A stretch of DNA of 64,000 bases from a bacterium (lineage in GTDB: Bacteria > Zhuqueibacterota > Zhuqueibacteria > Residuimicrobiales > Krinioviventaceae). The DNA lies in contig CAXXFV010000016.1 of NCBI GenBank assembly GCA_963674595.2, forward strand, positions 786,426 to 850,425, written 5' to 3'. Every line of letters begins with the position of its first letter. The stretch's first letter is position 1. Below are positions 10,475 to 19,395 of this stretch, in pieces. The notes under the pieces are model-generated. The model worked only from the letters and a program-made list of their open reading frames with translations. It had not been told where the DNA came from and made no database searches. The translations under genes and the position numbers were made by a program.

Positions 10475-11470
10475 TTAATTAATTTTATAAAAAGGTTCAA
10501 TGATCTTGATGGAGGAAAAATGTTCTTTTATCAAGTTGGTGTCTTTTTTCAAGAATAAAAGTTTTACGTTTGGTCCGGCGTCAATAGTTATATATAGATG
10601 GTGCTGTTGTTTTCGAAGTTCCCAGACGTTTTCAATGATTGTCAATGTCTCCGGTTTCCAAAAAAATACCGGTGGCCAGGCCGACAGCATTGTTGCATGC
10701 ATGGAAAAGGCGTTCGTTTCAGCCGTTTGTCCAAAAAGCTCAAAATCTTTTGTTGCAATAGCTTTTTTTAAGGTGGCTAAATCAGTACTGGATTTTTCCG
10801 GCCAGCTTTTATAAAGTAATGATGTTGAAACAGTATGCTGCATCGCTTGCCCGGAGCTTTGTCCTTTTGCCTCACTGCTTACGGTTACGATACCGATACA
10901 TAATTCATTCCATTGCTCAGATATTTGTTCTGCATAACAGTCCATTCCATTTGGATCTTTCCCGGCATGCCATTCCACAAAACCTTCATATATTGACCGG
11001 CTGGCGCTGCCGCTGCCGAGTCTGGCGAGCTGGGAGAGTGTTTTTTTATCCAAATTCCAGTTAAAAAATTTATCAAGAGCAAGAGTTAATGCGGCAAAGC
11101 CGGAAGCGGATGACGCCAAACCTGCGGCTGTCGGTATATTATTTTCTGTTATTACTTTGAAATAAAAATCAGACTTCGGGCGAAATAATGACAGGAAATT
11201 TTTCATCCTGTTATAAAAAGCTGATTCTTTTTCAACAGGATGGTTGTTATGTATAAAAGTGTCACAATCATCTGCCCGGTCAATTTCGGTTTTGCTTCCC
11301 AGGTTTCCCAATGAAACGGACAAGCTGGAATTAACCGGCAGATTCAGTTCAACATCTCTTTTTCCCCAATATTTACATAGAGCAATGTTTGATGGAGCAA
11401 ATGCTTTTGCATTATGAAATTGACCGCTTTTTTCTTTTAATAAAAAATTGACATACTCTTGTCTAGTCAA
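10475..11470 (-). CDS. mvaD: diphosphomevalonate decarboxylase
   Basis: NIALCKYWGK, PTAAGLASSASG, RLGSGSASRS, DAGPN. Confidence 0.95.
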   Translation of the reverse strand: MTRQEYVNFLLKEKSGQFHNAKAFAPSNIALCKYWGKRDVELNLPVNSSLSVSLGNLGSKTEIDRADDCDTFIHNNHPVEKESAFYNRMKNFLSLFRPKSDFYFKVITENNIPTAAGLASSASGFAALTLALDKFFNWNLDKKTLSQLARLGSGSASRSIYEGFVEWHAGKDPNGMDCYAEQISEQWNELCIGIVTVSSEAKGQSSGQAMQHTVSTSLLYKSWPEKSSTDLATLKKAIATKDFELFGQTAETNAFSMHATMLSAWPPVFFWKPETLTIIENVWELRKQQHHLYITIDAGPNVKLLFLKKDTNLIKEHFSSIKIIEPFYKIN

Positions 11471-12389
11471 CGATAATTCCTTTCTGTGATATTGTTAACG
11501 GTACTGTTTCATATTTACTAAATTTTTCTTTTAAAGTTCCAATTCCAACAACGCAGTCACCTAAACCGGACCCGGAAATTTTGGAACCATATATTCCGGC
11601 ATCTTCCCGGAGGGCATAAACAATTTCGGACAATTTTTTATTATTCACACCGATGGCATCCATGAGGCCCTGGTTTACATTCAGGATTTCCCCAAGTTGT
11701 TCCCAATCTTTTTTTTCAACAGCAGGAATGGCCTGAAGAACACTTGTTTCCATGATCTGGTAAATAGGGTTGTATATTTTTAAATTTTGATCATAGCGAT
11801 GACTGACCTGACTGATGACCTCGGTTGTCGGCATTTTACTGCCGGAATAAATAACAGTTATGGGGAAAATAGTGCTTAGTTTTATCCAGTCCTGTGGTTC
11901 ATGGCGGTAAGCCAGCACACCACCGAATATACTTGCCGCCAGGTCTGCACCGGAACCGGTACCCTGGACCTCTTTAATGGTTTTTAATCCCTGGGTAAAA
12001 ATTTGTTTACGATTAAGTTGTTGATTATTTAGCAGGGATAATGCTGCCGTTATTGCGGCTGTTACAGCGGCTGAAGATCCAAGTCCGACATGCGGAGTAA
12101 AATCCGATTGGATGTCCAATCGTAACCCTGTTTTTAGATTTTCTTTTTGCCTGGAAATAGCCGTTAAAATAAATTTAAAATTGGGATGCGGTGTCAGGTT
12201 TCCAAGAGTTGACGAATATTCTCCGATATCAGAAAAAATTAGAATTTTATCATCTTTTTGTGGTGTGATTTTAATGGTTATCCTTTGGTTAACGGCACAT
12301 ACCATAGACAAAAAGCCGTGTAAAACAGCATGCTCTCCAAGCAGCATAAGTTTCCCCGGTGCTGATATTCTAAACGATTCTTGCACCAT
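11463..12389 (-). CDS. GHMP kinase, probable phosphomevalonate kinase
   Basis: APGKLMLLGEH, GLGSSAA, GSGADLA, KISGSGLGDC; position in the MVA operon; start at ATG 12389 with AGGAG RBS. Confidence 0.82.
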   Translation of the reverse strand: MVQESFRISAPGKLMLLGEHAVLHGFLSMVCAVNQRITIKITPQKDDKILIFSDIGEYSSTLGNLTPHPNFKFILTAISRQKENLKTGLRLDIQSDFTPHVGLGSSAAVTAAITAALSLLNNQQLNRKQIFTQGLKTIKEVQGTGSGADLAASIFGGVLAYRHEPQDWIKLSTIFPITVIYSGSKMPTTEVISQVSHRYDQNLKIYNPIYQIMETSVLQAIPAVEKKDWEQLGEILNVNQGLMDAIGVNNKKLSEIVYALREDAGIYGSKISGSGLGDCVVGIGTLKEKFSKYETVPLTISQKGIIVD

Positions 12390-13374
12390 TTGCTTCTCCT
12401 TTAAGAGTAAACCACGGATAGTTATAATGCTCACAAATTTTTTTGGGCGGTTCTTCGTCAAAGATCAGAACCATACCGGCGTTTTCTCCTTTTATCGCGC
12501 CTGCCCCGGATATTTTCGCTGATGCTCCGGTTTTTTCAATATCTTTAATAAAACTTTGAATTTTTAAAGGAACCACACCGATTTTCACCAAAAGTTGATG
12601 GTTTTTTTTAATCAGTGCACGAGTTGTATTTAAATTATTTTCCAGAATGGCCTGTTCCAGAGCACAAGTTGTCGATTCAAAATCCTGCCAGACAGAATCG
12701 TTTTTAAATTGCGTGGCAACCTGAGAGACACAATCGCTGGTTGTGCTTTCGGGCTTTCCGGTAAACACAACATAGGCAGGCAAATTCGGCATGGGAATAT
12801 CTGTAATGTCCCGGTTTTGATAACGAATAAAACCGCCGTGAAAGGATATATATGGGTCCACGCCGCTGGAATAACCATGATAAAAATTTTCGGCCCGTAA
12901 TACAAAATCCAGAAATCTCTTTTTTTCAAAGTTTAGTGAAAAAAATTCCGTCATTAATTTAAAAACACTGACCAGGGTTGCTGCCGATGAACCCATCCCT
13001 GAGCCAATTGGTATTTGCGACGAAAGTTTGATATGCAGACCTTTTTGAATTTTTACATCAAATTCCTGGATAAGAATATGCAACAGATAAATATAGGCAT
13101 CCATTGGGGTGGTGAGAGTATTGTTTTCTGAACTTTTGTTATGTACAAATGAAAGGTATCGTTCTTCAACGAGTGAAGCGATTTTTGAAATGGCATCCGG
13201 CTCTGTTTCAGATGAAATGCCGATATCCGGGCAATCAAATTTTATTTTACAAGATTGTTCTTCAATACTTTGTGCCTGTGCAAAGCGATCGACTGCCATG
13301 ACCAGGGCCGGTTTTCCGTAGACAACGGCATGTTCTCCACTGAGAATAATTTTTCCGGGTGCTAAAACTTTCAA
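12370..13374 (-). CDS. mvk: mevalonate kinase
   Basis: APGKIILSGEHAVVYG, PIGSGMGSSAA, HGYSSGVD, KISGAG; TTG start. Confidence 0.88.
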   Translation of the reverse strand: MKVLAPGKIILSGEHAVVYGKPALVMAVDRFAQAQSIEEQSCKIKFDCPDIGISSETEPDAISKIASLVEERYLSFVHNKSSENNTLTTPMDAYIYLLHILIQEFDVKIQKGLHIKLSSQIPIGSGMGSSAATLVSVFKLMTEFFSLNFEKKRFLDFVLRAENFYHGYSSGVDPYISFHGGFIRYQNRDITDIPMPNLPAYVVFTGKPESTTSDCVSQVATQFKNDSVWQDFESTTCALEQAILENNLNTTRALIKKNHQLLVKIGVVPLKIQSFIKDIEKTGASAKISGAGAIKGENAGMVLIFDEEPPKKICEHYNYPWFTLKGEANGARIV

Positions 13375-14537
13375 TCAATTCTCTGATAAATACGTTGATG
13401 GTCTTTTATTCCGGCCAGTCGAAATTTTCCGGTTTTAAATTGTGGTGTAGAAAATTCACTGCCGTCTTGTGGTAAAGAGAATGTGTAGAAATTTTTATAC
13501 TCATCCAGTGAGAGTTCTCGTCTTTCATCTATTAAATTTTTATGGTGTTCTTTATGCAGAAAACTCTTGTAATCTTTTTGTACGATACCACTGAAAAATT
13601 CACCAACACAACCGGAACCATAACTAAAGAACCCGATTCGTTTATCACCGAGATTTTCGTTAAAATTTTCCAGTAATGAGGTTAATCCGATATATAAGGA
13701 TGCTGTGTAGGTATTTCCGATCTGTTTGTTATAGTATAGAGTTTTTTCAAGCGGGGCAGAAAAATCGTTTTGCAGGTTTTTATCGGTTTTTAAAAGAAAG
13801 GAGTGGGCTTTTTCGCCCATACGGGAAAAAGGAAGGTGATAACAAAATGCATGAAAATCCGACAGGGACAAATCTGTTTGATTTTGATAGTGTTCCCAAG
13901 CCGCGAGAAGTGATTTGATGTAAATTTTTACAGAGTATTTTCCATCAACAAGGGCTTCGTCACGATAATTTGGGCGCCAAAAATCCATAACATCGTCTGT
14001 ATAGATTCCTGTATATGGTTCAAATGCTAAAATTGACGGTTGTGTGGATAAAAGCATTGCCACAGCACCGGCTCCCTGGGTAGGTTCTCCCGCGTTGTCC
14101 AGTCCATATCTCGCAACATCTGAAGCGATGAGTAAAACCTTTTGGTCCGGTTTTGCCAATAAATAGGGGAGGGCCATTTGCAAAGCCCCGGTGGCACTAT
14201 AACAGGCCTGCTTTACCTCAAATATCCGGCATTGTGAAGAGAGGTTTAACAGTTTATGAACATATATGCCCGCTGCTTTTGACTGGTCGATACCGGATTC
14301 TGTTGCAAATATCAATGTGCTTATGGTTTCCGTATCATCGCGGTCTTTTAAAATTTGTAATGCAGCGTTGGCCGCCATAGTAACAATGTCTTCATCCGGA
14401 GGCGGAACGGCCATTTTTTCCTGTCCGATACCGGTATAAAATTTTTCAGGCTCGATACCTCTGGCATTTGCCATTGTTTTCAAATCTAAATAATAATGGG
14501 ATGAATAAAAACTGATCTGCTCAATTCCGGCATGCAT
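13371..14537 (-). CDS. mvaS: hydroxymethylglutaryl-CoA synthase
   Basis: TESGIDQSK, KQACY, GEPTQGAG, DFWRP, HLPF, SYGSG. Confidence 0.96.
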   Translation of the reverse strand: MHAGIEQISFYSSHYYLDLKTMANARGIEPEKFYTGIGQEKMAVPPPDEDIVTMAANAALQILKDRDDTETISTLIFATESGIDQSKAAGIYVHKLLNLSSQCRIFEVKQACYSATGALQMALPYLLAKPDQKVLLIASDVARYGLDNAGEPTQGAGAVAMLLSTQPSILAFEPYTGIYTDDVMDFWRPNYRDEALVDGKYSVKIYIKSLLAAWEHYQNQTDLSLSDFHAFCYHLPFSRMGEKAHSFLLKTDKNLQNDFSAPLEKTLYYNKQIGNTYTASLYIGLTSLLENFNENLGDKRIGFFSYGSGCVGEFFSGIVQKDYKSFLHKEHHKNLIDERRELSLDEYKNFYTFSLPQDGSEFSTPQFKTGKFRLAGIKDHQRIYQRID

Positions 14538-14548
14538 AGTCTGTCCTC

Positions 14549-15598
14549 TTATACTATCACCTGTTTGTTTAATATAAGTGTTGAATTATTAAAAAGTTGA
14601 TTTACATTATTAATGCCCATTAAAAACATGGCGGTTTTAAATTCTTTTAATAAATTTTGGATGATTGTTATAACCTGTTCCGCAGATTGAGTTGCCGGTT
14701 CAAGAAATGGTTTTGCCATACCGCACAGAGATGCGCCCAGGATGATGGATTTAACCATATCTATTCCGGTTTTTAAACCGCCCGATGCAATTAGTTTGAT
14801 TTTATTATTATCTACAAAGGGTTTAAGCTGAGCAAGGGCCAGGGGAGTGGGAATACCCCAGTCCTGAAACTGTATTCCTGTATTATTGGGCTCTTGGTTG
14901 TTTTGTCTTTTACTTTCGATACGACTCCATGAAGTCCCGCCCGAACCGGCAACATCAAAATAATGAATGTTATTGGCCAGTCCTAATTGGATGTCCTGGG
15001 GAGACATGCCGCAGCCCACTTCTTTTAAAATAACAGGTTTGTCTATTTTTTTAGTTATGTCACCTATCTTTTTAATCAAACCCTTAAAATTACAATCCCC
15101 TTCCGGTTGAATAATTTCCTGAAGGGGATTTAAATGAAAAAACAGACCATCTGCCTGCAAAACATCGATTGCCTGCTGACATTGCTGTTCATTAAAACCA
15201 TAATTTAACTGGACGGCCCCGATATTGGAAAACAGTAGGGCATTGGGTGCATATTGGCGAAGTTCGAAACTTGGTTTAGAATCCGGATTTGAAAACAAGA
15301 CCCGTTGCGAACCTACTGCCATGGCGATGCCGGTTTGTTCCGCTGCAATAGCAAGATTTGTATTAATTTTTTTAACCATTTCATGGTCGCCGCCGGTCAT
15401 GGAAGATATAAGCAACGGGAAGGACAATTTTTTGCCCATAAAATGGGTTGATGTATCTATTTCATCAAAATCAAGTTCCGGCAACGCCCGGTGCGTTAAC
15501 TGGATAGCGTCAAAATACGCTTTATTGCGGTCTGTTTTTTGGTCATTCAGGATAATGTCAATGTGTTCATATTTTCGGCTATTTGTATACGAACTCAT
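14549..15598 (-). CDS. fni: type 2 isopentenyl-diphosphate isomerase (FMN)
   Basis: RKxEH, MTGG, GSQR, HLNPLQE, KEVG, GGTSW, WGIPT. Confidence 0.96.
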   Translation of the reverse strand: MSSYTNSRKYEHIDIILNDQKTDRNKAYFDAIQLTHRALPELDFDEIDTSTHFMGKKLSFPLLISSMTGGDHEMVKKINTNLAIAAEQTGIAMAVGSQRVLFSNPDSKPSFELRQYAPNALLFSNIGAVQLNYGFNEQQCQQAIDVLQADGLFFHLNPLQEIIQPEGDCNFKGLIKKIGDITKKIDKPVILKEVGCGMSPQDIQLGLANNIHYFDVAGSGGTSWSRIESKRQNNQEPNNTGIQFQDWGIPTPLALAQLKPFVDNNKIKLIASGGLKTGIDMVKSIILGASLCGMAKPFLEPATQSAEQVITIIQNLLKEFKTAMFLMGINNVNQLFNNSTLILNKQVIV

Positions 15599-16638
15599 GC
15601 TCTCTCCAATTTTTCATGGGCGCGCATTAATTCCCCTTCATTTGTAAGTGCTGCCAGTAACGATAGTTCACCGCATAAAATCACGGCCGCTGCAATGGCT
15701 GCCAGTCGTTTTGCATTTTCACCTGGTTTACGTTCATCCAGGCATCCAAGCATTTCCAGATTTTGCCGGACAAAATTTTGGTCCTTTCCATTGCCAACTG
15801 TTCCAACAATAATATTGGGCAAGGTAACTGAAAAGTAAAGGTCGTTTTCGCGTTTTTCAGCAAAAGTAATCCCCTGCGATCCTTCAACAATATTAGCAGC
15901 ATCCTGACCGGTTGCCAGATAAAAGGCCAGCAGCATATTGGCGTAATGGGCATTTGCTGAACAGAGACTTCCTGCAACAATACTGCCGATAAGATTTTTT
16001 TTTGTGTTTATTTCTGCTATTTTTTCAGGAGTTGTTTTGAGGAACCGCCTGCATATTTTTTCAGGAACAAGTAATTCGGCAATTACTTTTTTTCCACGAC
16101 CTGCAATGCTGTTAATAGCGGATACTTTTTTATCGGTACAATAATTTCCGGAAACAGACACGTATTTTAAATCATTAAATGTTTCTAAAAGCCATTTCAG
16201 TAAAGCATCTGCTGCTTTGGTCACCATATTATGACCGGAAGCATCGCCTGTTTCAATTTCCAGGCGTATGTATAAAAGTGTTGAAACAACCTGAATTTGA
16301 ATATTTTTAAATTTGGCAAACCGGCTTGTCTGACTGACAACCTTTTCTAACGTTTCCCTGCTGTTTTCTATCGTTTGGGAAATTTCGAATGCTCTGGCGG
16401 CTGTGTTTGCTTCCACTAAAACAGACCGGGCCATTTGGTCCTTAAATAATACCACATGAATACCGTCCGTCAAGGTTGATACACGTGCACCTCTGTTGAC
16501 TGAAGGCCAGAGAGGCGTTTCAAATGTAGCAAGCGGTACGTTAATTTTATCATTTATAACCGGACCTTTAATTAAAAGAGGTCCTATGTTACGCATTGGA
16601 ATTGTTGCGGTCATTTTATTTTCTGGATTTGTCATCAT
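15595..16638 (-). CDS. hmgR: HMG-CoA reductase (Streptomyces/Paracoccus type)
   Basis: VPLATFETPLWPS, TGDASGHNM, SGNYCTDKK, TGQDAAN, GELSLLAA, C-terminal His; start at 16638, 16635 or 16614 uncertain. Confidence 0.92.
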   Translation of the reverse strand: MMTNPENKMTATIPMRNIGPLLIKGPVINDKINVPLATFETPLWPSVNRGARVSTLTDGIHVVLFKDQMARSVLVEANTAARAFEISQTIENSRETLEKVVSQTSRFAKFKNIQIQVVSTLLYIRLEIETGDASGHNMVTKAADALLKWLLETFNDLKYVSVSGNYCTDKKVSAINSIAGRGKKVIAELLVPEKICRRFLKTTPEKIAEINTKKNLIGSIVAGSLCSANAHYANMLLAFYLATGQDAANIVEGSQGITFAEKRENDLYFSVTLPNIIVGTVGNGKDQNFVRQNLEMLGCLDERKPGENAKRLAAIAAAVILCGELSLLAALTNEGELMRAHEKLERA

Positions 16639-16800
16639 CAAGTGTGTTTGAATAACACCGGCCCTTGGATTATTATTTCCAATTCTATCAAGTTGCTTTA
16701 AACCTAAATATAACAATATCTGGAAAAAAACAAACGATTAATTAACATTAATGTTGTCGGAGAAAATTAAAATTAATACCTTTTAAAAATCGGGAGAACT

Positions 16801-17451
16801 ATGGAAATATACGATTATCTTTATAAAAAAATATCTCAAAATCAATGTTGTCTGTATCAACTTTGGGAGCCGGATGGTACAGCCGTTGTCATTGGTTATT
16901 CACAGGTGGCTTATCGGGAGGTCTTTGTTGAGCACTGCCGACAAGACGTTGTTCCCATTATTCGCAGGCGGGGAGGAGGTGGTGCCGTTACATTAATCCC
17001 CGGGATTTTGTGTTTGTCCATTGCTTTTAAAAGTGATGTCAGTATTTCTCCGTATTATTTTTTTCAGCGTATAAACGAGTTTATTATATATGTGCTGGAA
17101 AATGATTTCAAGGTTAAAAATTTAAAACAACAGGGGATTAGTGATGTAACGATTGGTGATGAAAAAGTATTAGGCTGCTCGATTTTTAAATCGAAAAATA
17201 CCTTTTTTTATCAGGGATCGCTGCTGGTTGACCCGGACATGAGTACCATTGTCAGATATTTAAAATTTCCTTCAAAACAACCGGATTATCGAAACAGCAG
17301 ACCGCATAACAGTTTTATTACTTCTTTAAGGCTGAATGATTATGATATATCGGTCGAAACGTTAAAGGCAGCTTTTGCAGTAAGGCTGGAAAAAAGTTTA
17401 ACAAAAATTGTAACCACCCCGGAACCGGTTGCTGTTATTCTCGAAAGTTGA
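16801..17451 (+). CDS. lipoate-protein ligase family protein (catalytic domain only)
   Basis: VVIG, RRRGGGGAV, KVLG, PxxQPDYR..RPH motifs. Confidence 0.8.
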   Translation: MEIYDYLYKKISQNQCCLYQLWEPDGTAVVIGYSQVAYREVFVEHCRQDVVPIIRRRGGGGAVTLIPGILCLSIAFKSDVSISPYYFFQRINEFIIYVLENDFKVKNLKQQGISDVTIGDEKVLGCSIFKSKNTFFYQGSLLVDPDMSTIVRYLKFPSKQPDYRNSRPHNSFITSLRLNDYDISVETLKAAFAVRLEKSLTKIVTTPEPVAVILES

Positions 17452-18268
17452 AAAAGAAATACCCGGATGTAAGAACCCCCAATTCAAAAGCCACATAAGA
17501 GATGCTGGAAAGTCTGTCATAATATTCGGATTGGTCGAAATGGTAATCCATATCCTTTGGATATGTAGCGGACATGTATTTATCATATTCATTGTTTCCT
17601 TTATCCCGAAAATAGACTGACGTAACACCCGACAGAACTGTGAATCCAAGGCTGAGATAAAGCGCCTTTTTATGCTTTGTTTTCGAATTGTTAATATTTT
17701 TATCTGATATTATTGCCGTATCATTGGGGCTGTCGCTTTTTTCCAAATGAACCAGAATAACATCAGGTTCTGCGGTTGTTGCTATATTTTTTAAAACAGT
17801 TTGAAATCCTGTTTTTTGAATTTCTATATTTAAAGGTCCTTCCTTTGGTATATCAATCAACAAGGGTGTTTTCCCTGCTTTCTCCTGATTTATAAAAATA
17901 TCCGCACCGTATGGAATAGAGTTGACAAGTTTTTTTTGTGGAAATGTTGCGTCCAGATAACAATGCTGTTGTGATTTTAAATGAATTGTTTGTTTAAAAG
18001 CGCTGATATTCCATACAGGCCATTCCGGCGGCAGTACGGTTATTGTATGTTCTTCACAGTTGGTTGGAAATTCATATAGCGGAGTGTACCCGATCAGGTC
18101 TTCATCCAGATATATCGGCAGACTGTCTTGTTGGGCAGAAATATGAATGAACGCTGTGCAGGTGTCTGTGTCTATCCTGTTCAAATTGTCCGGCTGAGAA
18201 TAGACGACGGAGTATAAAAAGGTAAAAAAGATGATTTGTAAGATTTTATTTTTTAAAATATTATTCAT
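17435..18268 (-). CDS. PEGA-domain protein with C-terminal membrane helices
   Basis: two PEGA-like repeats (IYLD..IGYTP; SIPYGADIFIN...GKTP); signal peptide; hydrophobic C-terminal helices. Confidence 0.8.
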   Translation of the reverse strand: MNNILKNKILQIIFFTFLYSVVYSQPDNLNRIDTDTCTAFIHISAQQDSLPIYLDEDLIGYTPLYEFPTNCEEHTITVLPPEWPVWNISAFKQTIHLKSQQHCYLDATFPQKKLVNSIPYGADIFINQEKAGKTPLLIDIPKEGPLNIEIQKTGFQTVLKNIATTAEPDVILVHLEKSDSPNDTAIISDKNINNSKTKHKKALYLSLGFTVLSGVTSVYFRDKGNNEYDKYMSATYPKDMDYHFDQSEYYDRLSSISYVAFELGVLTSGYFFFNFRE

Positions 18269-19395
18269 TTTTTCCCAAAACAGTAAAGATAATGATTTTC
18301 ACTGGCGAAGATTAAACGTTCATTAACAACAATAGGATCTGTGCGTATCCTGCCTTTTGCTTCAAAAGACCAGAGTTTTTCTCCCGTATTCAGATCAAGG
18401 GCATACATGTTTTTGTCCAATGAACCGATGAATACAATGTTTTTTGCAATCACCGGTGCGGTTGAAATGACGCTTGAAGCCTGGAACTCCCAGATGGTGT
18501 CTCCTGTGTTTTTATCTAAACAATAAACCAAATGGTCTGTTGAACCAAAAATTATTTTATCCTCATGCAGGGCTGCCCCGTTATAAATTTTTCCGTCAGT
18601 TTCAAACCGCCATTTCGGTAAACCTGTTGCTATATTGAGTGCATAAAAATTAAAATCAGTTGAACCAAAATAAATTGAATTTTCATCTGCTGTGGCCGCA
18701 AAACGAATGGAACCTTGTGCTTTAAAAGTCCATACCGTATCTCCTTCGGTATTAAAAGCATAGAAAACACCATTATCATCACCGACAAACAAAAATCCCT
18801 GGGCATAGGTCGGTGTGGAACGACTTTGCCCTGATAGCGGCCTGGACCACAGTTCTTTGCCATTTACAGCAGAATATGCATTTAAATTGCTTTTTACATC
18901 GGTTGTATAAATTGTATGCTGGTGCACCAGTGGTTCGGAAAAGGAATAGCTGTTTTGAACCTGCCATCGGCTTTTTCCTGTGATTAAATTGTATAATTCG
19001 AGAGAAGGCAATCCGATTCGTCTCTGAACGATTAAATTATCATTATATAATGCACAGGTTGTTTTACTCTGGCCGCGTTGTTTTAATTTGTCAAGGCTTT
19101 TACCGTCTTGCAGTCGCACACTTTGTATACGTCCCTCTAATGAACTGTAAAATATAATATTATTTCCGGCAATCAGCGATCTTCCTATGGCTGTTATTGC
19201 CCTGTGCCGCCAAAGTAATTCAAGGGGAAGAGATATTTCTTCATTTGAATAATTGGTGTGCTGTATGTTTTTACCGAGTTGCGGCCAGACGGGATTGAGC
19301 AACAGGTCCGGGCTTGTAATGGTCATTTTATTGCAATTCATTCCCCCCAGGACCAGCAATATGGCAAAAAACAGTAATGTGTATTTTCGTTTCAT
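18265..19395 (-). CDS. PQQ-like beta-propeller lipoprotein (BamB-like)
   Basis: repeated GS.D..LY.L...TG..IW.F blades; lipobox-like GMNC. Confidence 0.85.
   Translation of the reverse strand: MKRKYTLLFFAILLVLGGMNCNKMTITSPDLLLNPVWPQLGKNIQHTNYSNEEISLPLELLWRHRAITAIGRSLIAGNNIIFYSSLEGRIQSVRLQDGKSLDKLKQRGQSKTTCALYNDNLIVQRRIGLPSLELYNLITGKSRWQVQNSYSFSEPLVHQHTIYTTDVKSNLNAYSAVNGKELWSRPLSGQSRSTPTYAQGFLFVGDDNGVFYAFNTEGDTVWTFKAQGSIRFAATADENSIYFGSTDFNFYALNIATGLPKWRFETDGKIYNGAALHEDKIIFGSTDHLVYCLDKNTGDTIWEFQASSVISTAPVIAKNIVFIGSLDKNMYALDLNTGEKLWSFEAKGRIRTDPIVVNERLIFASENHYLYCFGKK

Noticed and set aside
16639-16716. Longest-ORF N-terminal extensions (HMGR; likewise trxA 9541, pmk 12461, TlpA 44048, moxR 49213)
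   Set aside because: Downstream starts fit better: most have an RBS, and they avoid overlap with promoters or neighbouring genes
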